Origin: the human T2T-CHM13v2.0 reference genome, Homo sapiens
DNA: 64,000 nt
Assembly (NCBI RefSeq): GCF_009914755.1
Contig: NC_060941.1
Direction: 5' to 3' (one strand)
The translations under genes were made by a program, and so were the position numbers. Of the stretch, positions 15,133 to 29,233 are shown one piece after another. The number at the start of each line of letters is the position of its first letter. Position 1 is the first letter of the stretch. The notes below the pieces were generated by a model. That model searched no databases, was not told the origin of the DNA, and saw only the letters and a program-made list of their open reading frames with translations.

Positions 15133-16233
15133 ATTATTTTTCTTCCTTTTACATGGGATAATTTCCATTGTACAAGTTTTTGAATTAATTTTTTGCTATG
15201 TCTAATCTTCTGATAAGCCAATTCTATAAATGTGTTAATCGACATCTATTTAATAAACCTTTTTCCTTTTGTATGGTAATAGATTTACAAATAATATGAG
15301 GATAATACAGAGAGTTCCCATATACCCCAGAAGCAGTTTTTCCTATTATTAATATTTTACATTAGTGTGGTACATTTGCCATAATTAATGAACCAATGTT
15401 AATACATTCATATTAACTAAAGTTTATATTTATTTGCATTCCCTTAGTTTTTATCCAAGTTATTTTTCTATTTCATAATTCCATGTAGGCATCCAGGAGA
15501 CCATACTGTGTTTAGTGTATTGCCTTATGTTCCTTGTGGCTCTGGTAGTTTATCAAGAATTTCTTCATTTTTTATGTCCTTGAAGGTTTTGAGGGATACT
15601 GGTTAGTTATTTTGTAAATATATCACAATCAGACAGGGTTATGAGTATCTGGGAGGAAAACCACAGAGGTAAAGTGCCACTTATCACATCATACCAAGGC
15701 TAAATACTATCAACATGACTTATCAATATTGATGTCAAAACTGGTCATTTGGTTGAAGTGATGTTTTTCAGATTTCTTTGCTGTGAGGCTATTTTTTTTT
15801 CCTCTTTTTATACTCCATTCTTTGGAAGGATGTCACTGTGTACAGCTCTCAATATAGGAAGTTATGCTCCATCTCTTTGAGGATTATTTGAAATTCTGCA
15901 TAGGAGATGTGTCTATTTTCCTCCGTTTACTTTTTGTTCAATCATGTATCTATATCAGCATAAACTCATGAACATTTATTTTATACCTTGGGTTATAATC
16001 TAATTCTACCTTATTTATAATATTTTGTTGCCCAGGTTGTTTTAGTTCTGGCCACTGGAAGTTATTTCATTTGGCCCTTTTATCCATTTAACATATTCCC
16101 ATAATTGTGTGTGTTTGTTTGAAAGCACTTACTTCCTTTTTCAGCACTTTTTTACTTTTACTATGAGATGCTCTAGGCTCATCTAGTATATTTCCTGCCT
16201 TAATCCTAGAATCACCAATTTCTCCAAGACTTG

Positions 16234-16266
<33 letters not shown>

Positions 16267-16294
16267 GGAGAATAGTACTGAAAACCAAAATCTG

Positions 16295-16629
<335 letters not shown>

Positions 16630-16937
16630 CTAGATGTGCTCATTCAATTGGAGTGGTATTGCATCTAGGCCTAGTTGATAAGTCAAGGAGATATATGTAG
16701 ATGTATACTAAGCCATGTGTGTGAAACATATCTATAAATATTTTTATATGTAACTATTTGTATCTATTTAAACTAAGCATGAGTTTTACTGATGTCTCTC
16801 ATTCTAATATGTTACCCTGTTGATCATTCTAATCTCCTCTCCTTGCTTAAATGTAACTTCCTATTCAAACAGTGAGAAATTTGTCTCCCACAATCCATCA
16901 TCCGTCCACTTAATTTTTAAATTCCACTATACATGTA

Positions 16938-17359
16938 CAGTTGATCCTTGAACAACATGAATTTGAACTGTGTGGATCCGCCTATATGCAGATTTTCTTC
17001 CATTTCTGCCATCCCTGAAACAGCAAGATCAGCTCCTCTCTTCTTCCTCTTCCTCAGCCTACTCAATGTGAAGAAAATGAGAAGGAAGATCTTTATGATA
17101 AACCACTTCCACTTAATGAATAGTAAATATATTTTATCTTTCTTATTATTTTTCTAATAACATTATCTTTTCTCTAGTTTTTTTAATAATATGGTATAGA
17201 ATACGTATAACATACAAAACATATGTTAATTGGCTGTTAATGTCACCAGTAAGACCTCCAGTCAACTTTAGACCACTAGTAGCAGTCAAAAGTTATATAT
17301 GGATTTTTGCTGCATGGTGGTTGATGCCCCTAACCCCTGCATTGTTCAAGGGTCAATTG
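16938..17359 (+). mobile_element. Tigger2a/MER28-type TcMar-Tigger MITE
   Basis: TIRs cagttgatccttgaacaa ... ttgttcaagggtcaattg with TA target duplication. Confidence 0.88.
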
Positions 17360-17537
17360 TATCGTGGTTTCCAAATTGTTAACCCATACTATTGTTGGAA
17401 AAGCTTAATCAAATAGAGTGCATTGCTTCTGCAGAGTTCCTTTTCCCTTTAGTGTTACAGATTCTATTCATGCCAAAAGTTAGTCCTTATTCTCCCATCC
17501 CATTCAGAGAGATTATTTCATATATTTGTAATACAGC

Positions 17538-17838
<301 letters not shown>

Positions 17839-17846
17839 TAATACAA

Positions 17847-18438
17847 TTTTTCTTCTTCTTCTTTTTTTTTAATTGAACTTCATTTTATTGTACTTTGCAG
17901 AAACTGCATTTTTACATATTAAAAGTTGGCCTAGACCGAAGCCCAGAATAATTTGCTCTAGGTTTTATTCTAGTATTTTTATAGTTTTGGGTCTTAATTT
18001 AAGTATTTAATCAATCTGGAATTCCAGGAGCTGCCGGAGTATGTAAAAACTCTTGCAGCTCAGTGCCTGCCTGAACAGCTGCTGACTGGAGCAGCTGCCA
18101 TGGGTCTTCCCAGTTTTGTGCTAGGGATCCAAGGCCCTGGTAGTGTAGGCACACGAGGGAATCTTCTGATCCACAGATTGCAAAAATCTGTGGGGAGTGT
18201 AGAACCCTGGGCAGGTAGCACAGTGTCTCACCACTCTCTTGGCTGTGGGAGGAAGGTCCCTTTGCCCTGTGCAGTTCCTAGTTGAACTGTGGTCTCACCC
18301 TGCTTTTTTCATTTCTCTCCCGATAAGAAAATATGGTTACCTCAGTTGGAAATGCAGAGGTCACTCACCTTTTGCATTTGTCTCAGTGGGAGCTGCAGAC
18401 CAGCGCTGTTCCTAAATGTCCACCTTGGACCCTCCCCC
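17847..18438 (-). mobile_element. Composite retrocopy: L1PA13-16-type 5'UTR (18438-18018) + L1MA-like ORF2 piece (18017-17929) + antisense Tigger1 end (17928-17873) + poly(A)
   Basis: Minus strand begins gggggagggtccaaggtgg...tctgcatttccaactgaggta (L1PA 5' end); AATAAA at 17889-17884; tail 17870-17847; flanked by tgtaataca at 17837 and 18443. Confidence 0.8.
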
Positions 18439-18540
18439 TACCTGTAATACAGTTTCTTTTGTTACATTCTATACTTCATTCTGGAATTTCCTTGACCTCC
18501 TAAATTTTTAAAAAATTTGCATACCTTAAGGTTCCATGCT

Positions 18541-19975
18541 GTCAGGTAGTGTGACATGCTACCTGACTTCAAACTACACTACAAGGCTACAGTAACCACA
18601 ACAGCATGGTACTGGTACCAAAGCAGATATATAGACCAATGGAACAGAACAGAGTCCTCAGAAACAATGCCTCACATCTACAACCATCTGATCTTTGACA
18701 AACCTGACAAAAACAAGCAATGGGGAAAGGATTCCCTATTTAATAAATGGTGTTGGGAAAACTGGCTAGCCATATTCAGAAAACTAAAACTGGACCCCTT
18801 CCTTACACCTTATACAATAATTAACTCAAGATGTATTAAAGACTTAAACATAAGACTTAAAACCATAAAAACCCTAGAAGAAAACCTAGGCAATACCATT
18901 CAGGTCATGGGCATGGGCAAAGACTTCATGTCTAAAACACCAAAAGCAATGGCAACAGAAGCCAAAATTGATAAATGGGATCTAATTAAACTATAGAGTC
19001 TCTGCACAGCAAAAGAAACTATCATCAGAGTGAAGAGGCAACCTACAGAATGAAAGAAAATTTTTGCAATCTATCCATCTGACAAAGGACTAATCCAGAA
19101 TCTACAAGGAACTTAAACAAATTTACAAGAAAAAAATCAAACAACTCCATCAAAAAGTGGGCAAAGGATATGAACAGACACTTCTCAAAAGAAGACATTT
19201 ATGTGGCCAACAAATACATGAAAAAAAGCTCTGGTCATTAGAGAAATGCAAATCAAAACCACAATGAAATAGCATCTCATGCCAGTTAGAATGATGATCA
19301 TTAAAAAGTCAGGAAACAACAGATGCTGGAGAGGATGTGGAGAATAGGAATGCTTTTACACTGTTGGTGGGAGTATAAATTAGTTCAACCATTGTGGAAG
19401 ACAGTGTGGTGATTCCTCAAGGATCTAGAACCAGAAATACCATTTGACCCAGCAATCCCATTACTGGGTATATACCCAAAGGATTATAAATCATTCTACT
19501 ATAAAGACATGTGCACATGTATGTTTATTGCAGCACTGTTCACAATAGCAAAGACTTGGAACCAACCCAAATGCTCATCAATAATAGACTGGATAAAGAA
19601 AATGTGGCACATATGCACCATGGAATACTATGCAGCCATAAAAAGGATGAGTTCATGTCCTTTGCAGGGACATGGATGAAGCTGGAAACCATCATTCTCA
19701 GCAAACTAAGAGGAACAGAAAACCAAACACTGCATGTTCTCATTCGTAAGTGGGAGTTGAACAATGAGAATACATGGACACAGGGAGGGGAGCATCACAT
19801 GCTGGGGCCTGTCCAGGGGTTGGGGGTTAGGGGAGGGATAGCATTAGGAGAAATATCTAATGTCAATGATGGGTTGATGGGTGCAGGAAACCACCATGGC
19901 ACATGTGTACCTATGTAACAAACCTGCACGTTCTGCACATGTATCCCAGAACTTAAAGCATAATAATAATAATGA
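18541..19975 (+). mobile_element. 5'-truncated L1PA (L1PA6/7-like) 3' end
   Basis: ORF 18556..18996 matches the ORF2 C-terminal half; 3'UTR ending cacatgtatcccagaacttaaag; (TAA)n tail; TSD ttccatgct. Confidence 0.95.
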
Positions 19976-21758
19976 TTCCATGCTTTGTGCTATAAGTTCT
20001 ATGAAATTTGATGAATGCATAGTTTCCTGTATCTACTACTGTGATATAATATAGAATAGTTTCATCATTCTAAAATAATTCCAGCTTCACCAATTCAATT
20101 CTTTCTTCTATCCCCAAACCCTTGGCAAACACTGAATTTTATGACTGCTACAGTTTTGACTTTTCCAGAATGTCATATAAATGGAATTTTGCTGTATGTA
20201 TCCTCTTCAGACTGACTTCACTCACTTAGAAATATGCACTTATGATTCATCCATGTCTTTGCATAGCTTGTTGATAGCTCCTCCTTTTTTATTGCTAAGT
20301 AGGATCCCATTGTATGGATATACCATTGATTATTTACCTGTTGGAGGACATCGTAGCCACTTCTAAGGTTTTAGTGGTTATGAATAAAACTGCTATAAAA
20401 ATCCTATACTTTTCTAGGTGAACATACATTTTCAAAACAGTTGGGCAAATACCTAGGATCAGTAAATTATGATAATACTATATTTAGCTTTGTAAAAAAC
20501 TGCCAAGCCATTTTCCAAAGTGGCTGTACCATTTTGCATTCTCACCAGAAATGAATGAGTTTCCAAATGAAGTTTCCTCCAAATGCTCACCAGCAATGGT
20601 TATTGTCATGTTTTAAAAAAAATTAGACATTTTAATTAAAGTATTATATCACTGTTGTTTTAATTTGTATTCTCCTAATGGCAAATAATGTTGATCATCT
20701 TTTGGTAAGCTTACTTGCTATCTATCTTCTTTGGTGAGGTGTCTCTTAAAAACCTTTTCCAATTGTAAAATTTAATTGTTTTCTCCGTATCGTTGAGCTT
20801 TAAGAGTTCTTTATATATTTTGGATATAAATCCTTCATCAGATATGTTTTGCAACAATTTTCTCTCAGTCTTTGGCTTGTCTTTCCCTTCTATTAGCAGT
20901 GTTTTTTGCAGAACAGACGATTTTAATTTTACTAAAGTCCAACTAACAAAGATTTTCTTTCATGTATTATCCTTTTAGTTTTCTACCTAACCTCTTCATC
21001 AAATGCATGTTTATCTAGATTTTTAAAAATATTTTCTTCTAGAAGTTTTAGAGTTTTGTACTTTACATTTCAGTCTATGATCCATTTTGAGATAACTTTT
21101 GTGAAAGGTCTGTTTTTAGATTCATTATTTTTTACACATAGATGTTCAATTACTCTAGTTCCATTTGTTAAAAAGCGTTCTTTCTCCATTGAATTGACTT
21201 TGTGTCTTTGTCAAAGAACAGTTGTCTGTATTTGAGTCTATTTTGCACTCTTTATTCTGCTCTGTTGATCTGTGTGACTATTCTTTTATGCTCTTTTGAT
21301 TATTGAGCTTTCTTGGTTACTTTAGCAAGCATTGACTTGAGTAGTGAGATTATCCCAATTTGTCCATCTTATTCAGTATTGCATTGGTTATTCCAGGTCT
21401 TCTATCTTTCTATATTACCTTTAGAATAAAATTTTTGGTATCTATAAAATAACGTAATGGGATTTTCATTGGAACTGCACATATTTATAGATCAAATTGA
21501 GAACTGATACCTTAACAATATTGAGTCTTCCAGTCAATAAACCTGAAATATCTCTTGAGTTATTTTTCCTTTGATTTCTTTCATTGGTGTTTTGTAGTTT
21601 TCTGCATTCAGATCCTGTACATATTTTGTTAGATTTATACCTAAGTATTTCACTGAAGGAGGGGGATGATTTTTTTCAATAGTATTGTTTTGTTTTATTT
21701 GAGTTTCAAATTCCAGCTGTTCATTGCTGGTATATGTAGGAAAGCATTGCCTTTTGTA

Positions 21759-22666
21759 AAGTTAATCCTTATTATTCTCAGATTCCATACTTTTGAATTT
21801 GTTTACTCACTAACATTTATTTGTAATTTCAAAATAAATATTTGCTATGCTTTCATGGTCATTCATGGGCATACACAGAAGAACAAAAAAATTGAGCCAC
21901 CCAATATGCATACTCCAGCTGAGGCTGAACAAGGCAATGCTGTTGTGCCTTCCTGTTAGGCTCCCATATTGTAAATAAATGTTCTTTACGCAGTCTACTG
22001 TCACTTCTTAAAAAAAATTTTGTGCTTTTATGTTGGTGATTTCACTTCCAAGTGTAGTTCTGAAATGTTTTCTACTGTGCATATTCTGTGTTAGATTTCA
22101 TTCAAGCATAAGTTATACTGTAGTTGGCTGTGGGTTCAATGTTAGTGATTTAAAACTGTGGTACATCCAGAAAAAAAATGAAGAGAAAATTCACCTATTT
22201 TATATGGAAGGCTACTCTGGAAATTGCTAAAGTAACATCTATATAGTGTTTGATGAAGTTTTGAAAAAGGTGGAAAAGCAGCTACATTTCTGAATTTATG
22301 AAATGATGACTAATTTTTAAAAAGTGTAGTAGACAGCATTGTTGTGAGGCTGGAAGTCAAATAAATTTATGGTGACATTGCCCAGGGTCAGGAAAGTGCC
22401 AAAACCTTATCAGCTAGTGTTTTAGTACAAAGAAATGCTGCATATAATTAACTATTTATAAGAATTATATATTAAATTAGGTATTTTAAAACAGAAACAC
22501 ACATAAAACAAGGTTGTTATTGGTCAGTTTATGTAAGTATTGTCACCAGAAGTTTGTAGGAACCTAATTCTGCATTTGTCCTAAGAGCAATAACACTGTA
22601 TTCATTAATTCAATGTTCAAAATGACTTTATAGAAAATAACTACTGTGAATAATGAGACTTGACTC
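21759..22666 (+). mobile_element. Tigger6/MER82-type DNA transposon
   Basis: Termini gttaatccttattattc ... gaataatgagacttgactc with TA flanks; internal transposase-like remnant (WYIQKKNEEKI). Confidence 0.8.
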
Positions 22667-24778
22667 TATTATCAATTCACATCCTTCAATGTTGCTATAA
22701 TCACTTATTCATTCCAGGACATATTTCCATAGATTCTTTGAGATTTTCAACCTAGATGATCATGCTATATTTTTTTCTTTCTAATCTATATATGTTTTAT
22801 TTCTTTTTCTTGCCTTATTTCACTATCTAGGAATTCCAGCACAATGCTGAGTAGAACTAATGAGAGAGAACATCCTTGCCTCACTCCCAATTTTATTGGG
22901 GAAACATCCATTAAGTGTGATAGGTTTTTGTAATTGCTCTTGATAAAGTTGAGGAGGTTCCCCTCTGTTACTAGGTTATAGAGCTGTTATGAATGGGTAT
23001 TAAATTTTTGTCAAACACTTTTTCTGTGCACATTGATAGGATTATATAATGTGTTTCTTCTAAAACTGATAATATGGTGGATTGTATTGATTGATTTTTG
23101 AATACTGAATCAGCTTCACACATCTACAGTAAAGTCTACTTGGCCATGATGTACAATTCATTTTATATATAGCTGGATTTGACTTTCTAATATTTTTTTG
23201 AGAATTTTTGTAGTTATTTTTATGAGAGATATTGATCTGTAGTTTTCCTTTTTTGTAATATCTTTATTTGGTTTTGCTATTGGGGTAATGCTGGCTTCAT
23301 GGAATTAGTTAATTTCAAAATGTATTATAAATTTTTTCAACATTTTTTGCAGAGCAGGTGCATTTTATAAAAATGTTTGGCAGAATTGAAACATCAGCCT
23401 GGTGCTTTCTTCTTTGAATGATTACTAGTTATTGGTTCAAATTCTTTCATAGATATAGATCTACTCTGTCTATCTACTTCTCTGTGCCTGAATTGATAGT
23501 TTATATCACTCAAGAAATTGGTACATTCAATTTATCAGATTTGTGGCCATAAAGTTTTTCTTGGCATTCCTTTAGTATACTTGTGATGTCCACGGAATTA
23601 ATAGTGATGAGCCCAACCTTCATTTCTGATATTGATAATTTGTGTCTTTTCTTTTTATTTTCTTTGTTAGTCTGGCAAGAAGTTTATCCATTTATGGATC
23701 TTTACAGAGAACCAGCTTTTGGGTTTGTTGGTTTTCTATTTTGAATTTCATTGATTCCAGTAAAAATAATCTAATTTTTATTATTTCTTTCTTCTGCTAG
23801 CTTTAGGTTTAACCTGCTATTCTTTCTCTACTATCCTAAAGAAGAAATTGTGATTACGAATTTTAGGTCTTACTAGTTTTCTAATACATGCATTTGATGC
23901 TAAAAATTTTCCTGTAAGCACTGCCTTTACTATATTCTAATTTTGATAAATTGTATTTGCAATTAAATTTTTTTAGTTTGTCATTTTATGCATGAGTTAT
24001 TTAGAACTGTGTCATTTAATTTCCACATGTTGGGGACTTAACTAGCTATTTTCTGTTATTAATATCTAGTTTAATTTCATTGTGGTGTAAGAACACACTG
24101 CATAATTCCTTTTCTTTTAATTTTCTTAAGGTTTGTTTTCTGGCTGGAATGTAGTCTATATTAGAAAATGTTCTACATGAGCTGCAGGCAAATGTTTATA
24201 TTGCTGTTGAGGGCTGGTGTATTCTATAAATGTCAGCTAGATCAAGTTGATTGATAGTACTGTTCAGTTCAACCATATTTTTACTCATATTGTGCCTGTT
24301 TTATCTGCCAATTACTGAGAGAAGGTTGTTGAAGTCTTCAACTCTAATAGTCATTTTTCTATTTCTCCTTTCAGTTCTATCAGGCTTTAATTCATTTATT
24401 TTGACATTCTTTCACATTCAGGATCTTTTTTTGGCAAGTTGAACCCTTTATTATTATGTAATGCCTCTATATATTTCTGACAATCTTCATTTTTCCAAAG
24501 TCTGCTTTGTTTCAAATTAATATAGCTACTCCAGCTTTCTTTTGACTCTTGTTAACATGGTATATCTTTTCCATTTCTTTACTTTTAGCTTAAGTTTTTT
24601 ATATTTAAAGTGAATTTATTGTAGATAACATATAGTTAGGCTTTGTTTATTTCCATTCTGATAATCGCTGTGTATTAAGACCATTCATATTTAAAGTAAC
24701 TTTAATTCACATTTAAAGTAATTATTGGTATAGTTGGATTAAAATCTGTCAGATTTATATCTGTTTTCTACTTGTTGA

Positions 24779-25098
<320 letters not shown>

Positions 25099-25249
25099 TG
25101 CTTGTTTCCTTTTTTCCCACTCTTCTTCTGCCTTCTCTAGTTTTAATCAAACATTTTTTGTGATTCCATTTTATTTTCTCTCTTAGTATATAAATTATAC
25201 TTATCTTTAAAGCTTTTTTGTAGTTGGCTTAGAGTATATAATACATAGT

Positions 25250-25335
25250 TTTCCAGCTTTATTTAAGTATAATTGATAAATAAAAATTGTATAAATTTAA
25301 GGCATGTAACATGATAATTTCATATACATATACAT
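25250..25335 (-). mobile_element. Short L1MA 3'-end fragment
   Basis: agctttatttaagtataattgataaataaaaattgtata...cattgtgaaaggattaccaca. Confidence 0.7.
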
Positions 25336-25515
25336 TGTGAAAGGATTACCACAGGCATTACAATCCACATTTTTAAACTAATTCAAGCCCTGCTTTAAAT
25401 AACACTAATCTGTTGTACAAATAGTGGTGCAATATCATATTACAGAGTTTCCTATTTTTTTTTTGTCCCATTGCTTTGTCCCATTGCTGTCATTCATTTT
25501 ACTTATCTGTATTCT

Positions 25516-25952
25516 GCTTTGCTATCCACCAACAGAGACCAAGCTGAGAGTCAAATCAAGAACTCAACCTCCTTTATAATAGCTGCAAAATAAAATACTT
25601 AGGAGATGAGAGACCTCTACAAGGAAAACTACAAAGTGCTGCTGAAAGAAATCATAGACAATACAAACAAATGGAAACACATCCCATGCTCATGAATGGT
25701 AGAATCAATATTGTGAAAATGACAATACTGCCAAAAGCAATCTACAAATTCAATGCAATTCCCATCAAAATACCATCATCATTCTTCACAGAACTAGAAA
25801 AAAATAATCCTAAAACTCACATGAAACCAAAAAAGAGGCCACATGGGCAAAGCAAGGCTAAGCAAAAAGAACAAATCTGGAAAAATCACATTACCCAACT
25901 TCAAACTGTACCATAAAGCCATAGTCACCAAAACAGCATGGTATTGATATAA
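25516..25952 (+). mobile_element. L1PB ORF2 internal fragment, inverted relative to the adjacent L1
   Basis: ORF 25671..25916 [26 protein letters not shown]. Confidence 0.92.
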
Positions 25953-28900
25953 TCATTCAGGAGCAGGTTAATCTCCATGTATTTACATGGTTTTGAAGGT
26001 TCCTTTTGGAGTTGACTGCCAATTTTATTCCAATGTGGTCTGAGAGAGGACTTGATATAATTTCAATTTTCTTAAATTTATTGAGACTTGTTTTGTGGCC
26101 TATCATATGGTCTATCTTGGAGAATGTTCCATGTGCTGACGAATAGAATGTATACTTCGCAGTTGTTGGGTACAATGTTCTGTAAATATCTGTTCAGCCC
26201 ATTTGTTCTAAGGTATAGTTTAAATCCATTGTTTCTTTGTTGACTTTCTGTCTTAATGATTTGTTTAGTGCTGTCAGTAGAGTATTAAATTCCCCCAGTA
26301 TTATTGTGTTGCTGTCCATCTCATTTCTTAGGTCTAGTAGTGATTGTTTTATAAATTTGGGATCTCCAGTATTGGGTGCATTTGTATTTAGGATTGCAAT
26401 ATTTTCCTGTTAGACAAGTCTTTTTATCATTATATAATGTCCCTCTTTGTCTTTTTTAACTGTTTTTGCTTTAAAGTTTGTTTTGTCTGATATAAGAATA
26501 GCTACTTCTGCTTGCTCTTGGTGTCCATTTGCATGAAATATCTTTTTCCACCCCTTTATCTTAAGTTTATGTGAGTCTTTATGTGTTAGGTGAGTCTCTT
26601 GAAAACAGCAGATACTTGGTTAGGGAATTCTTACCCATTCTGCCATTCTGTATTTTTTTTAAGTGGAGCACTTAGGTCATTTACATTCAACATTAATATT
26701 GAGATGTGAGGTACTATTCCATTCATTGTGCTATTTGTTGCCTGAATACTTTTTTTTCCATTTGTTTTTGCTTTATAGGTCTTGTGAAATTTATGCCTTA
26801 AGGACACTCTATTGTGGTCTATTTCAAGGATTTGTTTCAAGAATTAGAGCTCATTTTAGCAGTTCTTGCAGTGCTTGCTTGGTAGTGGGAAATACTCTCA
26901 GCCTTTGTTTATCTGAAAAAGACTGTCTCTTTCCTTCATTTACAAATCTTAGTTTTGCTTGATGCAAAATTCTTGGTTGATAATTGTTTTGTTTAAGGAG
27001 GCTAAAGATATGGCCCCAATCCCTTCTAGCTTGTAGGGTTTCTGCTGAGAAATATGCTGTTAATCTGATAAGTTTTCCTTTATAGGTTACCTGATGCTTT
27101 TGTTTCATGGCTCTTAAGATTCTTTCCTTTGTCTTGACTTTAGATAACCTGATGACTATGTGCCTAGGTGATGATATTTTTGTGATAATTTTCCCAGGTG
27201 TTCATTGAGCTTCTTGTGTTTGGATGTCTCGATCTCTAGCATAGGCCAGGGAAGTTTTCCTCAATTATTCCCTCAAATATGTTTTCCAAACTTTCAGATT
27301 CCTCTTCTTTCTTGGGAACACCAATTATTCTTAGGTTTGGTTGTTTAACATAATCCTAAACTTCTTAGAAACTTTGTTTATTTTTCAAATTCTTTTTTTT
27401 TTGTCTTTGTTGGATTGAGTAAATTTGAAAGCCTTGGCTTCAATTTCTGAAGTTCTTACTTCTACTTGTTTGATTCAATTGCTGAAACTTTCCAGTGTAG
27501 TTTGCATTTTTCTAAGTATGTTCCTCATTCCCAGAAGCTGTGATTATTTTTTATTTATGCTCTCTATTTCACTGAAGATTTTTACCTTTATATCTTCTAT
27601 CTTTTTTTTATTTCATTAAATTGGACTTTACCTTTCTCTGGTGGCTTCTTTATTAGCTTAATAATCAACCTTCTGAATTCTTTTCCTGGCAATTCAGAGA
27701 CTTCTCCTTGATTTGGATCCATTGCTGGTGAGCTAGTGTGATCTTCTGGGGGTGGTAAAGCAACTTATTTCATCATATTACCAGAATTATTTTTCTGGTT
27801 TCTTCTCATTTGGGTAGACTATATCAGAGGGAAGATCTGGGACTCAAGGCCTGATGTTCATATTCTTTTGTCTCATGGGGTACTCCCTTGATGTGGTGCT
27901 CTCCCCCTTCCCCTAGGGATGTGGCTTCCTGAGAGCCAAACTGCAGTGACTGTTATTTCTTTTCTGGATCTAGCCACCCAGCAGAACTACTGTGCTCTGG
28001 GCTGGTGCTGGGGGTTGTCTGCACAGAGCCCTGTGATGTGATCAGTCTTTGTGTCAGCTGTGGATACCAGCAACTACACTCATGGAGGTGGAGGGGAGTG
28101 AAGGGGACTCTGTGAGGGTCCTTGGTTATAGTATTGTTTATTGTGCTAATTTTGGGTTGGTTGGCCTCTAGCCAGGAGGTGGCGCTTTCAAGAGAGCATC
28201 AGCTGCTGTAGTATAACAAGGATCAGGGGGTGGGTGGGGCCATAGAGTTTCCAAGAGATTACGTTCTTTGTCTTCAGCTACCAGGGTAGGTAGGGAAAGA
28301 CCATCAAGCATGAGCAGGGTTAGGTGAATCTGAGCTCGGACTCTTCTTGGTTAGGGCTTGCTGAGACTGCTGTGGGGGATGGGGGTGTGGTTCTCAGGCC
28401 AAAGGAGTTATGTTCCTGGGGGAATTATGGCTGCCTCTGCTGCATCATGCAGGTTCCCAGGGAAGTAGGGGAAAGCCAGCAGTCGCAAGTCTCACCCCAC
28501 TTCCACACAGCCCAAAAGGCTGGTCCCACCCCATCTGTCCCCCCCACCCAACAACACCAAGTTTATTTCCAGGCAGTGGATGAACAGGGCTGAGAGCTTG
28601 CCCCAGGCTATCAGCCTCCCAGCTGAGAAAGCAAGTAAGGCTTTCAGGTTTCAGGCCTCCCCACCTGCCATGGTTTCTGTGCTATGTCTGCACTCCTGAT
28701 TCACCCACTCCTCCAGGTTCTGTCCAGGAAACTTCACATTTGGTCAAAATCGTTACAAAGTTCAGCTGGAAGTTTTCTTCTTCCTGTGGTCTTTTTTCAG
28801 TTCCTCTGACAGTGCTTCCCAAAGGGCTTTTTCTCACTTTGTGGGACAAAGTCAGAAATGGCTTCCCTGAGGACCGAGAGAGCCCACAGGACTCTTTCTG

Positions 28901-29233
28901 CTGCTTCTTCTACCCCTGTATTTTTCTTGGCTCTCTAAATTAGTCTCAGTTCCAGGTAAGGTCAAATCCTTCTCCAGCGATCTGGACCTTCAGGTTCCCC
29001 AGTGAGAGTGTGTGTTCAGGGACTTTCACACTTTGGGCCCTTGTAGTTTTTCAGCTGCCTCCCAGAGCCTGCAGGAGCAATCCGCTTCCTTCAGAGGGTC
29101 TGTGGATTCTCTCAGCTTTCCTGAGGTGGTTCTTGGAGCGAAAGTTCATGATGTGAGTCTCCATATGCTGTTCTGTCTGTCCAAGTGGGAGCTGCAAGTT
29201 AGTCCTGCCTCCTATCTGCCATTGTTTTTCCCC
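25953..29233 (-). mobile_element. L1PB (L1PBa-type 5'UTR), ORF1 and endonuclease domain; 3' part missing
   Basis: Minus-strand ORFs 26851..27108 (ORF1 HQVTYKGKLIRLTAYFSAETLQARRDW) and 25957..26175 (EN HGTFSKIDHMIGHK); 5'UTR begins atggcagataggaggcaggactaacttgcagctccc. Confidence 0.93.

Larger units (their letters stand above)
10760..15240 (-). mobile_element. Ancient L1M (L1ME-like) fragments
   Basis: T-rich degenerate antisense L1 3'UTR/ORF2 (ttttgcctgttctggaacttcatatagtggaatcata; ttgaatctatagat; atctccatttatttag). Confidence 0.75.
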
